Source: Eledone cirrhosa (Eukaryota). Taken from it: DNA of 64,000 bases. Positions 42,690 through 57,426 of this stretch are shown piece after piece; the first letter of the stretch is position 1; every line of letters starts with the position of its first letter. The position numbers and the translations under genes were made by a program. The stretch lies in NCBI GenBank assembly GCA_964016885.1, contig OZ024747.1, positions 87,234,001-87,298,000 on the forward strand, read 5' to 3'. The notes beneath the pieces are model-generated. The model was not told the DNA's origin, did no database searches, and saw only the letters and a program-made list of their open reading frames with translations.

Positions 42690-43336
42690 GATGCTGAGTG
42701 CTGCATGGCTGGAAGGAAAATCAGTGAAGGTCAAGTATTTCGGGGCCGTGTTCACGAGTGATGGAAGGCAAGAGGATGAATTAAGTGCAAAAATTGCAGG
42801 AGCTGGTGCAGTAATGCACCAACTTCAGCACTTAGTAATGAGAAGAAGGTAGGTAGGCGTTAAACCCAAACTCGCTATCTTCAATTGGGTATTCGTGCCA
42901 ACCCTTACCTATGGTCATGAATCTTAGATAATGACCGAAAGAATACGATCGCGAATGCAACCGACCGAAATGGGATTAGTTCGAAGGGTCTTTAGAGTAA
43001 CGTTATTCAATAGAGTGCGTAGATCGGAGGTCAGTGAGTCACTCCAGGTAGAGCCACTACTTCTCCGAATTGAGAGATCACAGCTTCGATACATGTGGCT
43101 AGAATGTCTCGGGAAAGAACTGCTGGTCAGATTTTATGGGCAAGACCAACCGGCAAGAAACCCATGGGTAGACTCCGAGCAAAACGGTTGGATAACATCT
43201 ATGAGCTTGGTTGGTCTCGCCTGCGGATCCAGCCGGACCAGTTGGAGACGGTTACTTCTAACAGGACCCGCTGGTAGGTGTGTTTGAGGACTCTGCTCCC
43301 ACGATCCTCACAGGAATAAGTGGGCAAAGAAGAAGA
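42690..43336 (+). mobile_element. RTE-clade (Expander/Rex3-like) LINE 3' fragment with a (GAA)n tail
   Basis: KYFGAVFTSDG...PTLTYGHES...RVRRSEV..LQVEPLLLRIERSQLR. Confidence 0.85.
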
Positions 43337-43741
43337 TATATATATATATACATAACGAAATTTAATATAGAAATGTCTTGTACAGAACTGTTTTATTCCT
43401 GATGATTTCCTCACCATAAACACACCAAGCCACAATAACCAGACTAAATGCCACATGTGTTGTGTTTTCTCTGTAGTAATGGCTCTTGTATTTCCGGTAG
43501 AACGAGATTTGAACTCAAAGCATAAAGTGTTGTAATGAAATGCCGCGGAATGTCGTCACCTTTGCCTTAGTGATTCTGCTAATATTAACTTGGATTTTTA
43601 CTGTTGCACACATATACTGGGCCTAGTTTCAAATGTGAATACATATTTACGTAGACAGACGCACAGGCACTCTCTTTTATACACTCAAACACACACCCAC
43701 ACACACACACACAGACACACACACGCACACACTCACACACT

Positions 43742-43801
<60 letters not shown>

Positions 43802-45449
43802 TTTAGGCGCGAGAACGTGTATATTTACGAGTTCACATATCTATAGACAGCAATGGAAACGGGCTTTGGAGAACAAGTTATATGGAAATCCCGAATTTAT
43901 AGTTGACCATTACAGAGGTGTTCACCTGGAATGAACTTAGTGACCTTTTATTGACCTTCTAATGTCTTCAACATGTACTTTCATTACCAAGAATATTGTA
44001 CTATACATGTCCATAACGAAGACCTTAAAATAGTCCATTGATCTTACGTCATTAGATGAATCTAATATTTATATCTCTTACTTTTGATTACGATCCAAGC
44101 AGCCCTACTTGCATATGTGCAGCTTTATAACCTATAATCACAAGAATCTATAAATACCTATATACAGAGATAAGCTGCTAACATTTTAATAACGGGTTCG
44201 TTTCATTTCCGAAATTTTAACCACCGGTTCTGTATTAAAATTTTCAAGAATTTTGCAACGCCTCAAAAACGTTGGAAGTAATGAATATTATCGTTCCGAA
44301 TTTATTTTCGAATGCGCTCGCTCTTTGAATACTTTCCTTATTGAATACACTTGTTTTATAAATATAAACATACATACGCAAGTGTCAATTGTTTATGTCT
44401 GCATTATAAACATGATATAGATATTTGACATATAATTCTAAAATCAGACGACATTGAAACAAAGTAGGTTTCTATTATAAAAAGAAATAGATTATATTTT
44501 AAATTGAAAAACACTATGTATAACGATGAGAATTTTCTCTAATGTTCGACAACCAGCATACACACGTGTGTCATTGCACCGTTTCTGCTCAGTTCTTCGG
44601 GTGTGTCAGTCATTTAAGAGATCTTGGCTTCTATGTCTAGCAGGTCGAGTGACTAAGTGGAAACTTCGCCCTCGTTGGCTCTTGAATTATTGACAATTGA
44701 AGCAGGGCCCTGTGCGAGATAAAGATTGCTTGCTGTAATAGAAATATGTGTGGTGGTTAAATAAGAAATTAGATACCTCTGGTGATAGAAACCAACGTAA
44801 CTAATATCTGTAGAATAGCTGTCAAAGATTTTTATTAGGAATTAAGCAGTATATACAATCTTCATATATCACTTTGCAGAAGTTTGTTTTTTCAAGAGTC
44901 AAGTATGATGCTAGGTGTTTGTCGTGAAAGGAATACCATAGATTGAATCATTCTTAGTAAGAGGGATTCTGAGAGCAGTAATTACGCTTACCATAAGTTG
45001 TTTTTCTTGTTGTTGATGTTATTTAGAACCAGATCAACCTTCACCCCTCATAACTATGATGACAGACGTTCATGTTGCGACCATTCCATCTTTTATATAT
45101 CTAGAACTACATTCAAATTTTAAGATTTAATGTGTGGTTTGAATGAAGTTTGGCTACTATTTCTCTAAGTCGAACGGTTCATTCGTCATCCTGGCTTACT
45201 TTCCAGTCTAGTCTTACATTATTTATATATATGTTTAATAATAAAGTCGTTTACTGTGCGGGAGCAACAGTACACTTTGTCTCCTATATGTCTTATCAGG
45301 TAGCAATCTCCAAGGGGGTTAATTAGATGTGGTAAATAAATACATACATATACCCCAGGTCCGAACACGATGGAACCAAACTCCCACTGTCACTGTCTCT
45401 GTATCTTCCGCTCTCCCCATCTCTTACTATTATGAACAAATGGGGGCCC

Positions 45450-45770
45450 ACACGCTGGCCGCCCGCCGCCCCGGCGGACAGAATAGAGAAGGCGTTTCAC
45501 CGGATGTTGGTGAGGGAGACGCGCTGGAAGAGCCATTCCAGCTCGCGAAGCTCACACCTGCGAGTAGCCAACTCCATGATGATGGTGGTGAGAAGGGAGG
45601 TGGTCCTGGGGCCAAGGACACCAGAAGTCGCCACTGCTACAGGCTCGACTGCAAACCTGTCGGTGATCGACCGATATTTGGAGAGTTTACCCTCCTCGGT
45701 CCGTAGTGCAGCAAAGCCTGGGTTAGTCGCACACTGCGCGAGGTTGCCGCTTGGGAAAGTGTCATTGCAT
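45450..45770 (-). mobile_element. CRE-like RLE C-terminal fragment, related to 12300-12603
   Basis: Nucleotide similarity (AGAAGGCGTTTC.CGGATG..GGGAGACGCGCTGGAA.AGCCATTCCAGCTCGCG). Confidence 0.75.
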
Positions 45771-46119
45771 ATATCTCAGATGAGGGGTTTGCCACCGCAG
45801 AATAGGAAGATGATCATGTCGTCTCCAACATCTCATAATGCCTTTATAAAGAAATCGATCTTCTACTGATGGCTGGAAATAAGTTGCAGTTTGAGGACTG
45901 ATGTTGAATCGAGGAAAGCGGCAAAGTGGCAAAGTCGATAGAATGTCGGATAGAACGCTTGGAGGTTTTGGTCCGGTGTGGTTAACTTTAATTTTCATCT
46001 TTTCGAGGTCCAGAAAGTTAAGTACTGGGGGCGATTCTTTCACTATACCTATCTCTATTACACCGTTCTCTCTTTCTTTCTTCCTTTCTTTATAAGTATA
46101 TATGATATGATATATGATA

Positions 46120-46159
<40 letters not shown>

Positions 46160-46202
46160 CTTTTGTATTTTTGGCAACACGACCATCCAAATCTACAATA
46201 TA

Positions 46203-46308
<106 letters not shown>

Positions 46309-47894
46309 TACGTGTGCGTACGTGTGTCTGTGTGTTTGAAAGAAATTGAATGCGTTCTGACCTGATGAAGGATAGGCTCTGTAGGTTTATATAGCTCTAG
46401 AAGTACATAAGAAATTAAGGTCCCATGGATGCATGGATGGAAGGATAGTTTAATAAAAACTACAATAAAGACCATAATTTGGCTGCTGCCGAAACGTCTT
46501 CAAAATGTTTATTGTTGGAAAGATGCCTTAATTTCGAAATTATCTCATCAAAGTAAAATGTTGGCACACACTTTTATTTATCGAGTAAAAATAGATTGTG
46601 TACAAAAATTTGTTATTGAGGAATTTATAAAAAATAAAATAAGGTAGAAGAAGGCTGGGAGATAATGGGGGTGCAAAAAGTGGGTGAGAGAGGTGAGGGA
46701 AGAAGGAAAGTGGCGAGAGAAATATGTTGAAAGAACGGACAAAATGAAGAAGGGATATAGGAAATAAAAGGAGAAAGAAAGGAAAGAAAAAAGAAAGCTA
46801 AGCAGAAAATGTGGAAGGTAACAAATAAATAATCTAGAAGGAAACAAGCGATGAATTTTATAAAGTTTGGACAAGCAAGTTGGAATATTTATTGGCATCG
46901 GTATGGAATGGAATATTATAGACCTCCGTCGGTTTCGACGATAAGGTGTTCCAGTTGTGCAATCAATGGGACTGCCTATTCATGAAAATATCGTGCAAGT
47001 GGCTGAACATTCTACGAACACGTGAACCCTTGACTTAATATTTAAGGGGATTCAATGTGACAAATTGTGACAAGGGATATCTTTATAATTACTGGTGCAG
47101 TCCATCTAGTGTGCTTTTAAACTGTTTCCATTGATCGTAGCTAGGGTGAATGGCACTTGAACAAAATGCCACGCGAAGGGGCAACCTTATGAATGAAAAG
47201 TGAACTTAATCAGTCAGCCATGTTGTGTTCACGTCAATTGGTGTAGTTGTGGTATAAAGCTTAATGTGAATCACTGGTTACCGATTTTGTAGTAGAAATC
47301 TCATTACCGCCGACTGTACCCTTCGTTTACTCACGTGTTGATTTAGGGAATACCAGTGATATACTATCTTATGTTAATCCATTATGAATCTCAGTCTCAA
47401 AAACTCAGGATATTGTTTTAATGATAAAAAGATCCTATTTCCACCCCCTGCTCTACTGTGGTCCTAGAGTCCTTGCTTTTTGCCTTCCTTTTACGTTTTT
47501 AAATATTTGTAGTGTTTTTCTAATAATTCTATAGTAATTCATTCATGTAGTTATTCATTTACTAAATTGTGTATATTGTTTGTTAACCTAGATTTACGAT
47601 TGTTTCATCGCTGTTTTGTGTAGGAGGTGGATTATTATTGGGGCGTTTTTATATATTTATCATAGTATTTGTAATGTTGTCATTGTTTCTATTTAATTTA
47701 CAAATGTGTAGACATATATGCACGTGTATGGGTGTGTATGTATGCTGGTGTATTTATGATTGCATTTGCGTATACGTGTTTGTGTGGATGAGAAAGTATG
47801 TATATCTACGTGCGCGTAACCGCATCTAATTTGTATAACTGTAATTGAATGTGTGTGCATGTGTATGTATATGAGAGAGTATGTATATTATATA

Positions 47895-47938
<44 letters not shown>

Positions 47939-48000
47939 TATAAATATTAAAAACTCATTCTTTGATAAACTCATTGAATTTTGTTTAACTCTTCAATATA

Positions 48001-48046
<46 letters not shown>

Positions 48047-48053
<7 letters not shown>

Positions 48054-48260
48054 AAAAAGAGATGAAATCGAAAATGCAACTGGAGTCTTATTTTTTTTTT
48101 AAATATATATATTTATTTGGAACCAAATAAATATATATATCTTTTAAAAATATAAGACTCCAGTTGCATTTTCGATTTCATCTCTTTTTCTTTATACTTT
48201 CACTCGTGTAGGACACCTCGGTTATTTTTCATTTTGTAAAAAAAACCTCACTTTCTAATA
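48047..48260. mobile_element. Penelope-type repeat family D: foldback (centre ~48120) plus tail, inside (TA)n
   Basis: AAGAAAAAGAGATGAAATCGAAAATGCAACTGGAGTCTTA and its reverse complement; tail matches 62630-62692. Confidence 0.8.
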
Positions 48261-48293
<33 letters not shown>

Positions 48294-48399
48294 GTATATG
48301 TGCGTGGGGGGGGGGGGGGCGTATGTGTGTGTGTGTGTGCGTGTGTATACATTATATATTTATGCGTGGCGATTAAATCGGCCTCAGTACTTCATAGGC

Positions 48400-48973
48400 T
48401 TATCGATAAAAATAATTCATTCTAACATTCGAAGAAGGCCAGCAATTTAGGGAAGGCGAAAATCGATTATATCGATTCCAGTACTTGATTAGTACTTTAT
48501 TTTATCGATCCTGAGAGGATAAAAGGTAAAGTTTACCTCGTCGGAATTTGAACTCAGAACGTACCTTATCGATAAAATAATTGTTTTACTTTTGGCACAA
48601 GGCCAGCAATTACACAGTGCATTACTGGTACTTTATTTTATCGACCCCGTAAGGATGAAAGGCAAAGTTAACCTCAGCGGGATTTGAACTCAGACCATAA
48701 AGGACCGTAACTCTATGCTACAAAGCTTGGTGTCCGACTCTCTACTGATACTGCCAATCCACCAAAATAATGATTTCTAGTACAGGCACAAGGCCAGTAA
48801 TTTGGGATGAGGGGAAAGTCGATTAAATAGACCTCAGTGCATTACTGGTACTTTATTTTATCGACCCCGTAAGGATGAAAGGCAAAGTTAACCACGATAG
48901 GATTTGAACTCAGAACTTAAAGAGACGTAACTATGCCGCGAATCAAGGTGTCCGACTCTCTACCAATTCTGCA
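48400..48973 (-). mobile_element. Cluster of three nested or adjacent Meta-like SINEs
   Basis: Three copies of TACTTTATTTTATCGA..GATTTGAACTCAG; CTTATCGATAAAA(A)TAATT duplicated. Confidence 0.8.
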
Positions 48974-49493
48974 AAATGATGCAAGACGGAAATAAGAACT
49001 GGATGCAATAAGATCGACTGAACTATTGAACACACATTCCAACAACAGCAAACTGGTAAAAAAGAAACCGAAAAAAAATGGTAGAAAAAATAAATGAAAT
49101 AAAGAATGGCGGAATTAAGAGTTGTATTTAAAGCATGTTAAATTAAAAACATACATATAATCAGTTTTAATAGAAGTTGTTTGTTTTTTTGTCATTTTCT
49201 CATATCTCTTTAATGAGCTTTTATGTTTCCGCTGCTTTGGGATTTGGAATATTAAATTTCGTATATTCACAGGCCCGTTGACGTTTTTAGGTCTATCTGG
49301 GCTTATCTTATCTTGAAGATGATATACGCTTAACTGAATTGAAGTTACGTCAGCGCTGTTGCTAGACATTAATAGAAGAGAAGTATGTGCTGGTTCTGTT
49401 CTCCTACCATAACTCATCATAACACAAATCCAGACTTTAAAGATTTTGCGGGGAATGCAGAGCATAGTGCTAATTATACCAAGAAATTTGTAT

Positions 49494-49524
<31 letters not shown>

Positions 49525-49525
49525 G

Positions 49526-49687
<162 letters not shown>

Positions 49688-49810
49688 CCTCACAACAATG
49701 TTGTATATCTATATTGTACAATTGTTGCATACGGACCAGCGAAACTGTACAGTCGGGACTTTGAAGTAAAAATAGGTATATATCTGTGTCTATTATTTCC
49801 TCTTATTTTA

Positions 49811-49948
49811 GAGTTACGGCCCTTTATGGTCTGAGTTTAAATCCCGCCGAGGTTAACTTTGCCTTTCATCCTTACGGGGTTGATAAAATAAAGTACCAGT
49901 AATGTACTGGGTAATTGCTGGCGTTGTGCCAAAAGTAGAAACAATTAT
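49811..49948 (+). mobile_element. 5'-truncated Meta-like SINE with TSD ATTATTTCCTCTT
   Basis: Family core; duplication on both sides. Confidence 0.8.
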
Positions 49949-49953
49949 TTCCT

Positions 49954-49992
<39 letters not shown>

Positions 49993-50099
49993 ATACTTTG
50001 GGAGTGTCATGCTGCTAATAAAAACACACACACCTGTTGGTTTTCACTTCAATTTATGACAAATTTCCGATTAGTTGGTTTAATAACCGGATGGGTGTT

Positions 50100-50830
50100 T
50101 ATGTATTGTCAAAGCTCTTTCGTCACACATTCTGTGACCTCCTCAGTAACTAATTTGTTATTGTGTGTCGCTTCTATGATCTGTCGTAGCATTGTGTCTT
50201 TTCTGTGTGTGGGTATGATCTTTATTTCTATGTTCTCTAGTGTACCCCCTTCCCATGTTTCATTTTGGCATGAGTTCTTCCGATCTTGGAGTTCTCGCCA
50301 ATGTACATTTAATCTTTCTCCTATATTACTGGCTGTCTCATCTACGTAAGTTGTGTTCTTCTTCCTACACTGTACCCCAGTACATCTTATGCTATATATT
50401 ACTGGCTGTCTCATCTACGTAAGTTGTGTTCTTCTTCCTACACTGTACCCCAGTACATCTTATGCTATATATTACTGGCTGTCTCACCTACGTAAGTTGT
50501 GTTCTTCTTCCTACACTGTACCCCAGTACATCTTATGCTATATATTACTGGCTGTCTCATCTACGTAAGTTGTGTTCTTCTTCCTACACTGTACCCCAGT
50601 ACATCTTATGCTATATATTACTGGCTGTCTCATCTACGTAAGTTGTGTTCTTCTTCCTACACTGTACCCCAGTACATCTTATGCTATATATTACGTTCCT
50701 AGTTTTGCAGTTAATTTGTGGACTTAATTTGCAGACTGACTATGCATTTCCTATCAGTGCAGGGTTTTTTTTCAAACGGATATGCTCTCCTAATTAGGGC
50801 TTTTATGGGAATACCTGGTCTTTCAACTCT
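50100..50830 (-). pseudogene. Penelope GIY-YIG endonuclease pseudogene containing a 73-bp tandem array
   Basis: NCKTRNVIYSIRCTGVQC..TYVDETASNIGERLNVH...RQIIEATH. Confidence 0.8.
50322..50694. repeat. 73-bp tandem repeat x5
   Basis: Units start at 50322, 50395, 50468, 50541 and 50614; terminal TATATTAC; one variant base. Confidence 0.95.
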
Positions 50831-50961
50831 TAATATTTGATAAAAAGACAGACAGATATACATACATACATACATACATACATACATACATACATACATA
50901 CATACATACATACATACATACATACATACATACATACATACATACATACATACATACATAC

Positions 50962-51345
50962 ATGATGGCTGCAAACTCTGCTAAAAGTATTGCAATCGCT
51001 TGTCAGATTACAGAGTTCGTTGGACTTTTAGGCTACAGCCAAGCACACGAACCCGCAACAGATCCGGAACAAGCAATACCTGTGCTTTGAAGATTTTTTA
51101 AGTGGGGAAAGGCCTTCCACTCGACCAATCCCACTCTCTGAGCATCGAAAACACTATCCGAAAAGGAGAACTGGTCAACATCATCAGATTCTTCCGAAGC
51201 CGCAGGTTTTTTTCAGAGTTTCCCCTCTCTTAGAAAGGTGTTGTGACAACAACTGGGGGCCTTTCACTCCCACGTGAAAGAAAAAAAAAAAAAAGTACTA
51301 TTTGGATGGCTGTTGACTCTGCTGAGTCCCTCTGCCCTTTGTGGA
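50962..51345 (-). mobile_element. Diverged relative of the 610-bp element, with a (TACA)n tail
   Basis: ATGATGGCTGCAAACTC..AAGCAATACCTGTGC..TCCCACTCTCT..GTCAACATCAT..CAGAGTTT collinear with 893-1340. Confidence 0.6.
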
Positions 51346-52277
51346 CCCCATGTGAACAAGCTTCAAAAGTGGCTAAGAAAACTATAGCAAAGTACAACGT
51401 TCTTTCTGTATTTCTCTTCATGTCCTATCTTATTTCCTTTTCACATTCAATCGTCCATCAAACATTTCTTCATTTTTCACCCTTCCTTTTACTTTGCAGT
51501 TATTCTTTCTTCTTTTCTTAGCTATTTCTCTCTACTCTTCATATATTTCTTTAATTCCCCTTTTTGTCTAATTGCGTATCTTTCGCTTTAGGCCACCCCT
51601 TCTGTCTCCCTCTCTGCATGTTCAGTATATTTCATTGAAACAGATGACACTTTAATGTTATCCTTTCATAGTGTTTCAAGTATTGTCCCTACTGTTATAT
51701 TGAAAAGACCAACTAAAACGAGGTTTTCTCTTTTGTTTCCTCTCCGTTTTGATTTAGCCATGCATGACTTGAGAAAAGAATTAAATGAAATAAAGCCACA
51801 ATGCAGAGTGGTGGAGGAAAAAAGAGAAGAGATGATATATGTTCATTTTCTTTGTTTGTTTTTCGTTTTTATTTACTGGAAGAGGATATTTGTCTATATT
51901 GGATGACTGTTAACGGTGATGATGGCAATGATATTGGTGATACTAGGGTAAGTGTTGGTACTGAGAAATGCTGTGTGAAACAGCCAATGTTTCGTCTTTT
52001 GTCTGTCAACTAGATACATCTCTATACTTAAGAATTAGCTACACCTCGTTGAATAAGTTCACGAATGCAAACCACCATCTTACTTATTTTATACGAACAC
52101 ACCTACACGCGCACACACGCATATAGACGCACATACACCAACACACGTAGTCGTACTCACTGTACATTAGTTATCTCCTTTCGTAAACCTCTCTTACGCC
52201 CATTTCTTTTTTCATTTTCCCCGTTCATTCCTCTCATCACTCTGTACTTTCTATTTATCTTCTATTTCTAACCCTAT

Positions 52278-52312
52278 CTTCTGATGAAGGACGGGTGTTA
52301 GAAACGTTAAAA
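52278..52312 (+). ncRNA. Degenerate hammerhead-like core
   Basis: CTGATGA...GAAACGTTA with palindromic AACGTT; stem II not formed. Confidence 0.3.
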
Positions 52313-52796
52313 CTCTCTTCCTGGTATTTCAAGCGTTAATCTAATATATTTCTTCCATGCACTGTGCTGTTTGGTTTGTTATTTTTGTTATTTCTGTTTA
52401 CCTTTTGCACACACACACACACACACTCACACACACACACACACATACATACACACACATACACACACACATACAAACACATACACACACACATATACAC
52501 ACACACACTATATATATATATATATATATATTATGTGTGTGTGCGTGTGTGTATGAGTGTATATTTATGTGTAGCGAAATCTCTCCACCACACACTGAGC
52601 CCCAAGTGACACCCAAGTGACACCTGAGTGGTATTTCTCTTTATCTCGGGTTGGCGGCAGTCGTCTGGAGAAACTGACCAACTTGGGGTTAAATGGGATA
52701 AGATTTTCTTAAAGCCATTCCACTCTCGTTTCTCGGAAGGAGTTGTAGAAATGATTTCAACCAGTTAAGATGAAGCCACTATGTCAGACTGACACA

Positions 52797-52886
<90 letters not shown>

Positions 52887-53420
52887 CCTTCTCTATTTTC
52901 TCTTGGTCTTCATCACTACCAGATAAACGACTATCAACCCATTACAGAAGTGCGGTAAATAACATCATTACATTATCCACGATAGCCTCATAGCCGGCTG
53001 TTAACTTAATAAATATATTTTAATAGCGATCATGTTTTATTTGTTCATTCCTCGGCATTTCACACAACGCTTATACATGGGACAATATTTACCTTATGTA
53101 TAATCAAATTGTGTATTATGAATTACAACGGGTTCAACTATAACTCAATAAGAAAGTAGCAACAACAATAACAGTAACAACAACAGTAAAAAAACAAAAT
53201 AACGACAACAACAACAACAACAACAAGAGCACAAAAACAAGAGGAGTAACAATAAGAGTAACAGCCATCTACAAAAACAAGCAACTAAAATGAAAATAAG
53301 AGCAACAACAACAGCAATAATAAGCAAATAAAACACTTCTAAAGTTAGATCCTCATTTGCAGTCTAATCAGTAATAACAACAACAGTAAGGAGAAGAACG
53401 ACGACGGCCATAATTAGACT

Positions 53421-53432
53421 AGCAGCAGCAGC

Positions 53433-53466
<34 letters not shown>

Positions 53467-53515
53467 GCAGCAGCAGCAGCAGCAGCAACAACAACAACAA
53501 CAACAACAAAAACAA

Positions 53516-53554
<39 letters not shown>

Positions 53555-53633
53555 CAACAACAACAGCAACAACAAAAACAACAACAACAACAACAACAGC
53601 AGCAGCAGCAGCAGCAGCAACAGCAACAACAGC

Positions 53634-53728
<95 letters not shown>
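53421..53728. repeat. Compound (CAG)n/(CAA)n microsatellite
   Basis: Direct reading; alternating blocks. Confidence 0.95.
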
Positions 53729-54007
53729 AGAAGAGGTAGCAACAACAATAATTACAAGGAAATTTATTGGGCTGATGTGATGAATGAGGAATGGACTAGA
53801 TAAATAGGCAAAGGTACACTGAATACACAGAGTATATAAATTAAATACATTACATAAATAAATACAATGTATGTGTGTATATATGTATATGTGTGCGTGT
53901 GTGTGTGTGTATGCGCGCGTGGCTTGTTGCATTTTTTATTTTACTTATGTAATATAAATAAATATATTATTTGTTTATTTATATTATATATGTATGCATA
54001 TGATATA

Positions 54008-54399
54008 GAGGCACATGGCTTAGTGGTTAGAGCATTGGCCTTGCAATCGAAAGGTTGTGAATTCAATTCTCAGACTGGGTGATGTGTTGTTTCCTTGAGC
54101 AAGACACTTTATTTCACATTGCTCCAATTTACTCAGCTGTAGAAATGAGATGATAGGGACTGGGGTCCCTATCATTCCACTGTAAAGTGGTCGTGGAGGT
54201 GCCACGGCAAAAAAGCACCCAACCCACACTGTAAAGTGGTCGTGGAGGTGCCACGGCTAAAAAGCACCCAGCACTCACTGTAAATGAGGTTGGTGTTAGG
54301 AAGGGCATCCAGCTGTAGAAATCAAGCCAAAATCAGTTCCCGTCCCACCCTTGCAAGCAGGGAAAAGCGGACGTAAAATGAAATGATGATGAATGATGA

Positions 54400-54402
<3 letters not shown>
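54008..54402 (+). mobile_element. CORE-like tRNA SINE with an RTE-like 3' end and (ATG)n tail; internal ~50-bp duplication
   Basis: A/B boxes; TTCCTTGAGCAAGACACTT; AGGAAGGGCATCCAGC; repeated CACTGTAAAGTGGTCGTGGAGGTGCCACGG. Confidence 0.75.
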
Positions 54403-54436
<34 letters not shown>

Positions 54437-54443
<7 letters not shown>

Positions 54444-54586
54444 AAAAAAAAGATGAAATCGAAAATGCGACTGGAGTCTTAACTAAAAGAATATATATTT
54501 ATTTATTTGGTTCCTTTACCGGTTTCGCAGTTCTTCTGTTTTTCAAAAGTAGAGTTGAGATGGAGGGTGTGTGGTTTTTCTCACAT
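54437..54586 (-). mobile_element. Penelope-type family D copy, including the variant hammerhead
   Basis: Reverse complement of 62481-62630. Confidence 0.75.
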
Positions 54587-54746
54587 CTGGTATACATATA
54601 TATATATATACATATATATATACATACACACACACATACACACACATACACACATATATATATATATATATGCGTGTGTATGTGTGTATATATGCATGTA
54701 TAAATATTCACACAGATAAACAAATAATACAAATAATACATAAATA

Positions 54747-54934
54747 AATTATTGTTTCTACTTTAGGCACAAGGCCAGCAATTATCTCAGTACATTACTG
54801 GTACTTTATTTTATTGACCCCGTAAGGATGAAAGGCAAAGTCAACCTCGGCGGGATTTGAACTCAGATCGTAAAGGGACGTAACTATGCTGGAAAACATG
54901 GCGTCCGACCCTCTACCGATACTGCCAATCCACC
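54747..54934 (-). mobile_element. Meta-like SINE with TSD ATAAATAAATTAT
   Basis: Family consensus match; flanking duplication. Confidence 0.85.
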
Positions 54935-55206
54935 ATAAATAAATTATGTTACATAATAAGTAAAAGAAAAATTAACATAGATAAGCCACGCACACAAACA
55001 CACACAAACACACACACACAAACACACACACATACACACACACACACATACATACACACTAAATTTAGAAATACAACAGGAAAGAGACGAATAAATATTT
55101 TTAAAACAATAAACATTTTAGGTAAAATTAAACAACGAGGGATACGAGACCCCCCCCCCCAAAAAAAAAATAATAAAGTAAAAGAATCAGAGAGAATAGG
55201 AAAATG

Positions 55207-56070
55207 AAGGTGAGAGAGAGAGGACCAGAGAAGGTGAGAGAGAGGAAGAGAGAAGGTGAGAGAGAGAGGACCAGAGAAGGTGAGAGAGAGAGGACCAGAG
55301 AAGGTGAGAGAGAGGAAGAGAGAAGGTGAGAGAGAGAGGACCAGAGAAGGTGAGAGAGAGAGGAAGAGAGAAGGTGAGAGAGAGAGGACCAGAGAAGGTG
55401 AGAGAGAGAGAGGACCAAAGAAGGTGAGAGAGAGAGGAGCAGAGAAGGTGAGAGATAGGAAGAGAGAAGGTGAGAGAGAGAGGACCAGAGAAGGTGAGAG
55501 AGAGGAAGAGAGAAGGTGAGAGAGAGAGGACCAGAGAAGGTGAGAGAGAGGAAAGGAGAAGGTGAGAGAGAGAGGAACAGAGAAGGTGAGAGAGAGGAAA
55601 AAAGAAGGTGAGAGAGAGAGGACCAGAGAACGTGAGAGAGAGGAAAAGAGAAGGTGAGAGAGAGAGGAACAGAGAAAGTGAGAGAGAGGAAAAGAGAAGG
55701 TGAGAGAGAGAAGAACAGAGAAGGTTAGAGAGAGAAAAAGAGAAGGTGAGAGAGAGAGGAAGAGAGAAGGTGAGAGAGAGGAAGAGAGAAGGTGAGAGAG
55801 AGAGGACCAGAGAAGGTGAGAGAGAGGAAGAGAGAAGGTGAGAGAGAGGAAGAGAGAAGGTGAGAGAGAGGAAGAGAGAAGGTGAGAGAGAGGAAGAGAG
55901 AAGGTGAGAGAGAGAAAAAGAGAAGGTGAGAGAGAGGAAGAGAGAATGTGAGAGAGAGGAAGAGAGAAGGTGAGAGAGAGGAAGAGAGAAGGTGAGAGAG
56001 AGAGGAACAGAGAAGGTTAGAGAGAGAAAAAGAGAAGGTGAGAGAGAGGAAGAGAGAAGGTGAGAGAGAA
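55207..56070. repeat. GA-rich minisatellite, 22-24-bp unit GAGAAGGT(GA)4-5GGA(CC/AG)A
   Basis: Direct reading. Confidence 0.9.
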
Positions 56071-56824
56071 GTGTGTTAGAAGGGAGTCAAAGAAAAATAC
56101 GGTAAAGGAAAAATGACGGGTGAAAAATAAGTTGTGAAAATAAATTTTGCAATAGAGATGATTAGAAGAGAAATTTTTAAATTGAAGATGTTTTTGAAAA
56201 CAACCAATAAATAAATTATAATGGAAAGAAATGAAAGGAAGACATTTTAGCTATGCAGACATAGCTGCGTGGTTAAGGACTTAACTCTGTAGCTACGTGG
56301 TTACCGGTTCACTCCTACTACGTTGCACTTTGAGAAACTGTTTTTACAGTATACAACCAGTTGGAAAAACACTGGGTTCAATCCATACATACTTATATAT
56401 ACATATACAAACCTTACGGATGTATTAACATGTTGGATAATAAGGATCAAAACCTGCCGATGATGGAGGATCCCGTTCCAACATGGAAATGTATTTTTGA
56501 TTTGCATATCCATTATGCAACTAGTGGTGCTGATTTGTGGAGTGCCAGAAACCTATCAAAGATTTTTATCGATTTCTATCGATTATTATCTACTCGAGAC
56601 GGTTCAGATTAGTATTCAACCTGCTTTTATTGATCCTAGATGTGGCATAAGGATGGCCATATGCATTTGGTCGGTTTTCTTGGTCTTACACATTTCCGTC
56701 CGGTGTGTTCACTCTGGACGAAATTGTATTAAATTTTTGAACCATTGAGTGCTTTGTAACAGCCGCAAACAATTCGATTGCTATTTGCTATATTGCAGCT
56801 TCAACTTCGATATATACATATTGT

Positions 56825-57426
<602 letters not shown>

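Noticed and set aside
53414-53932. PolyQ/polyL/polyC coding exon
   Set aside because: The Gln frame has TAG immediately upstream, with no pyrimidine tract or good donor. It is treated as a compound microsatellite.
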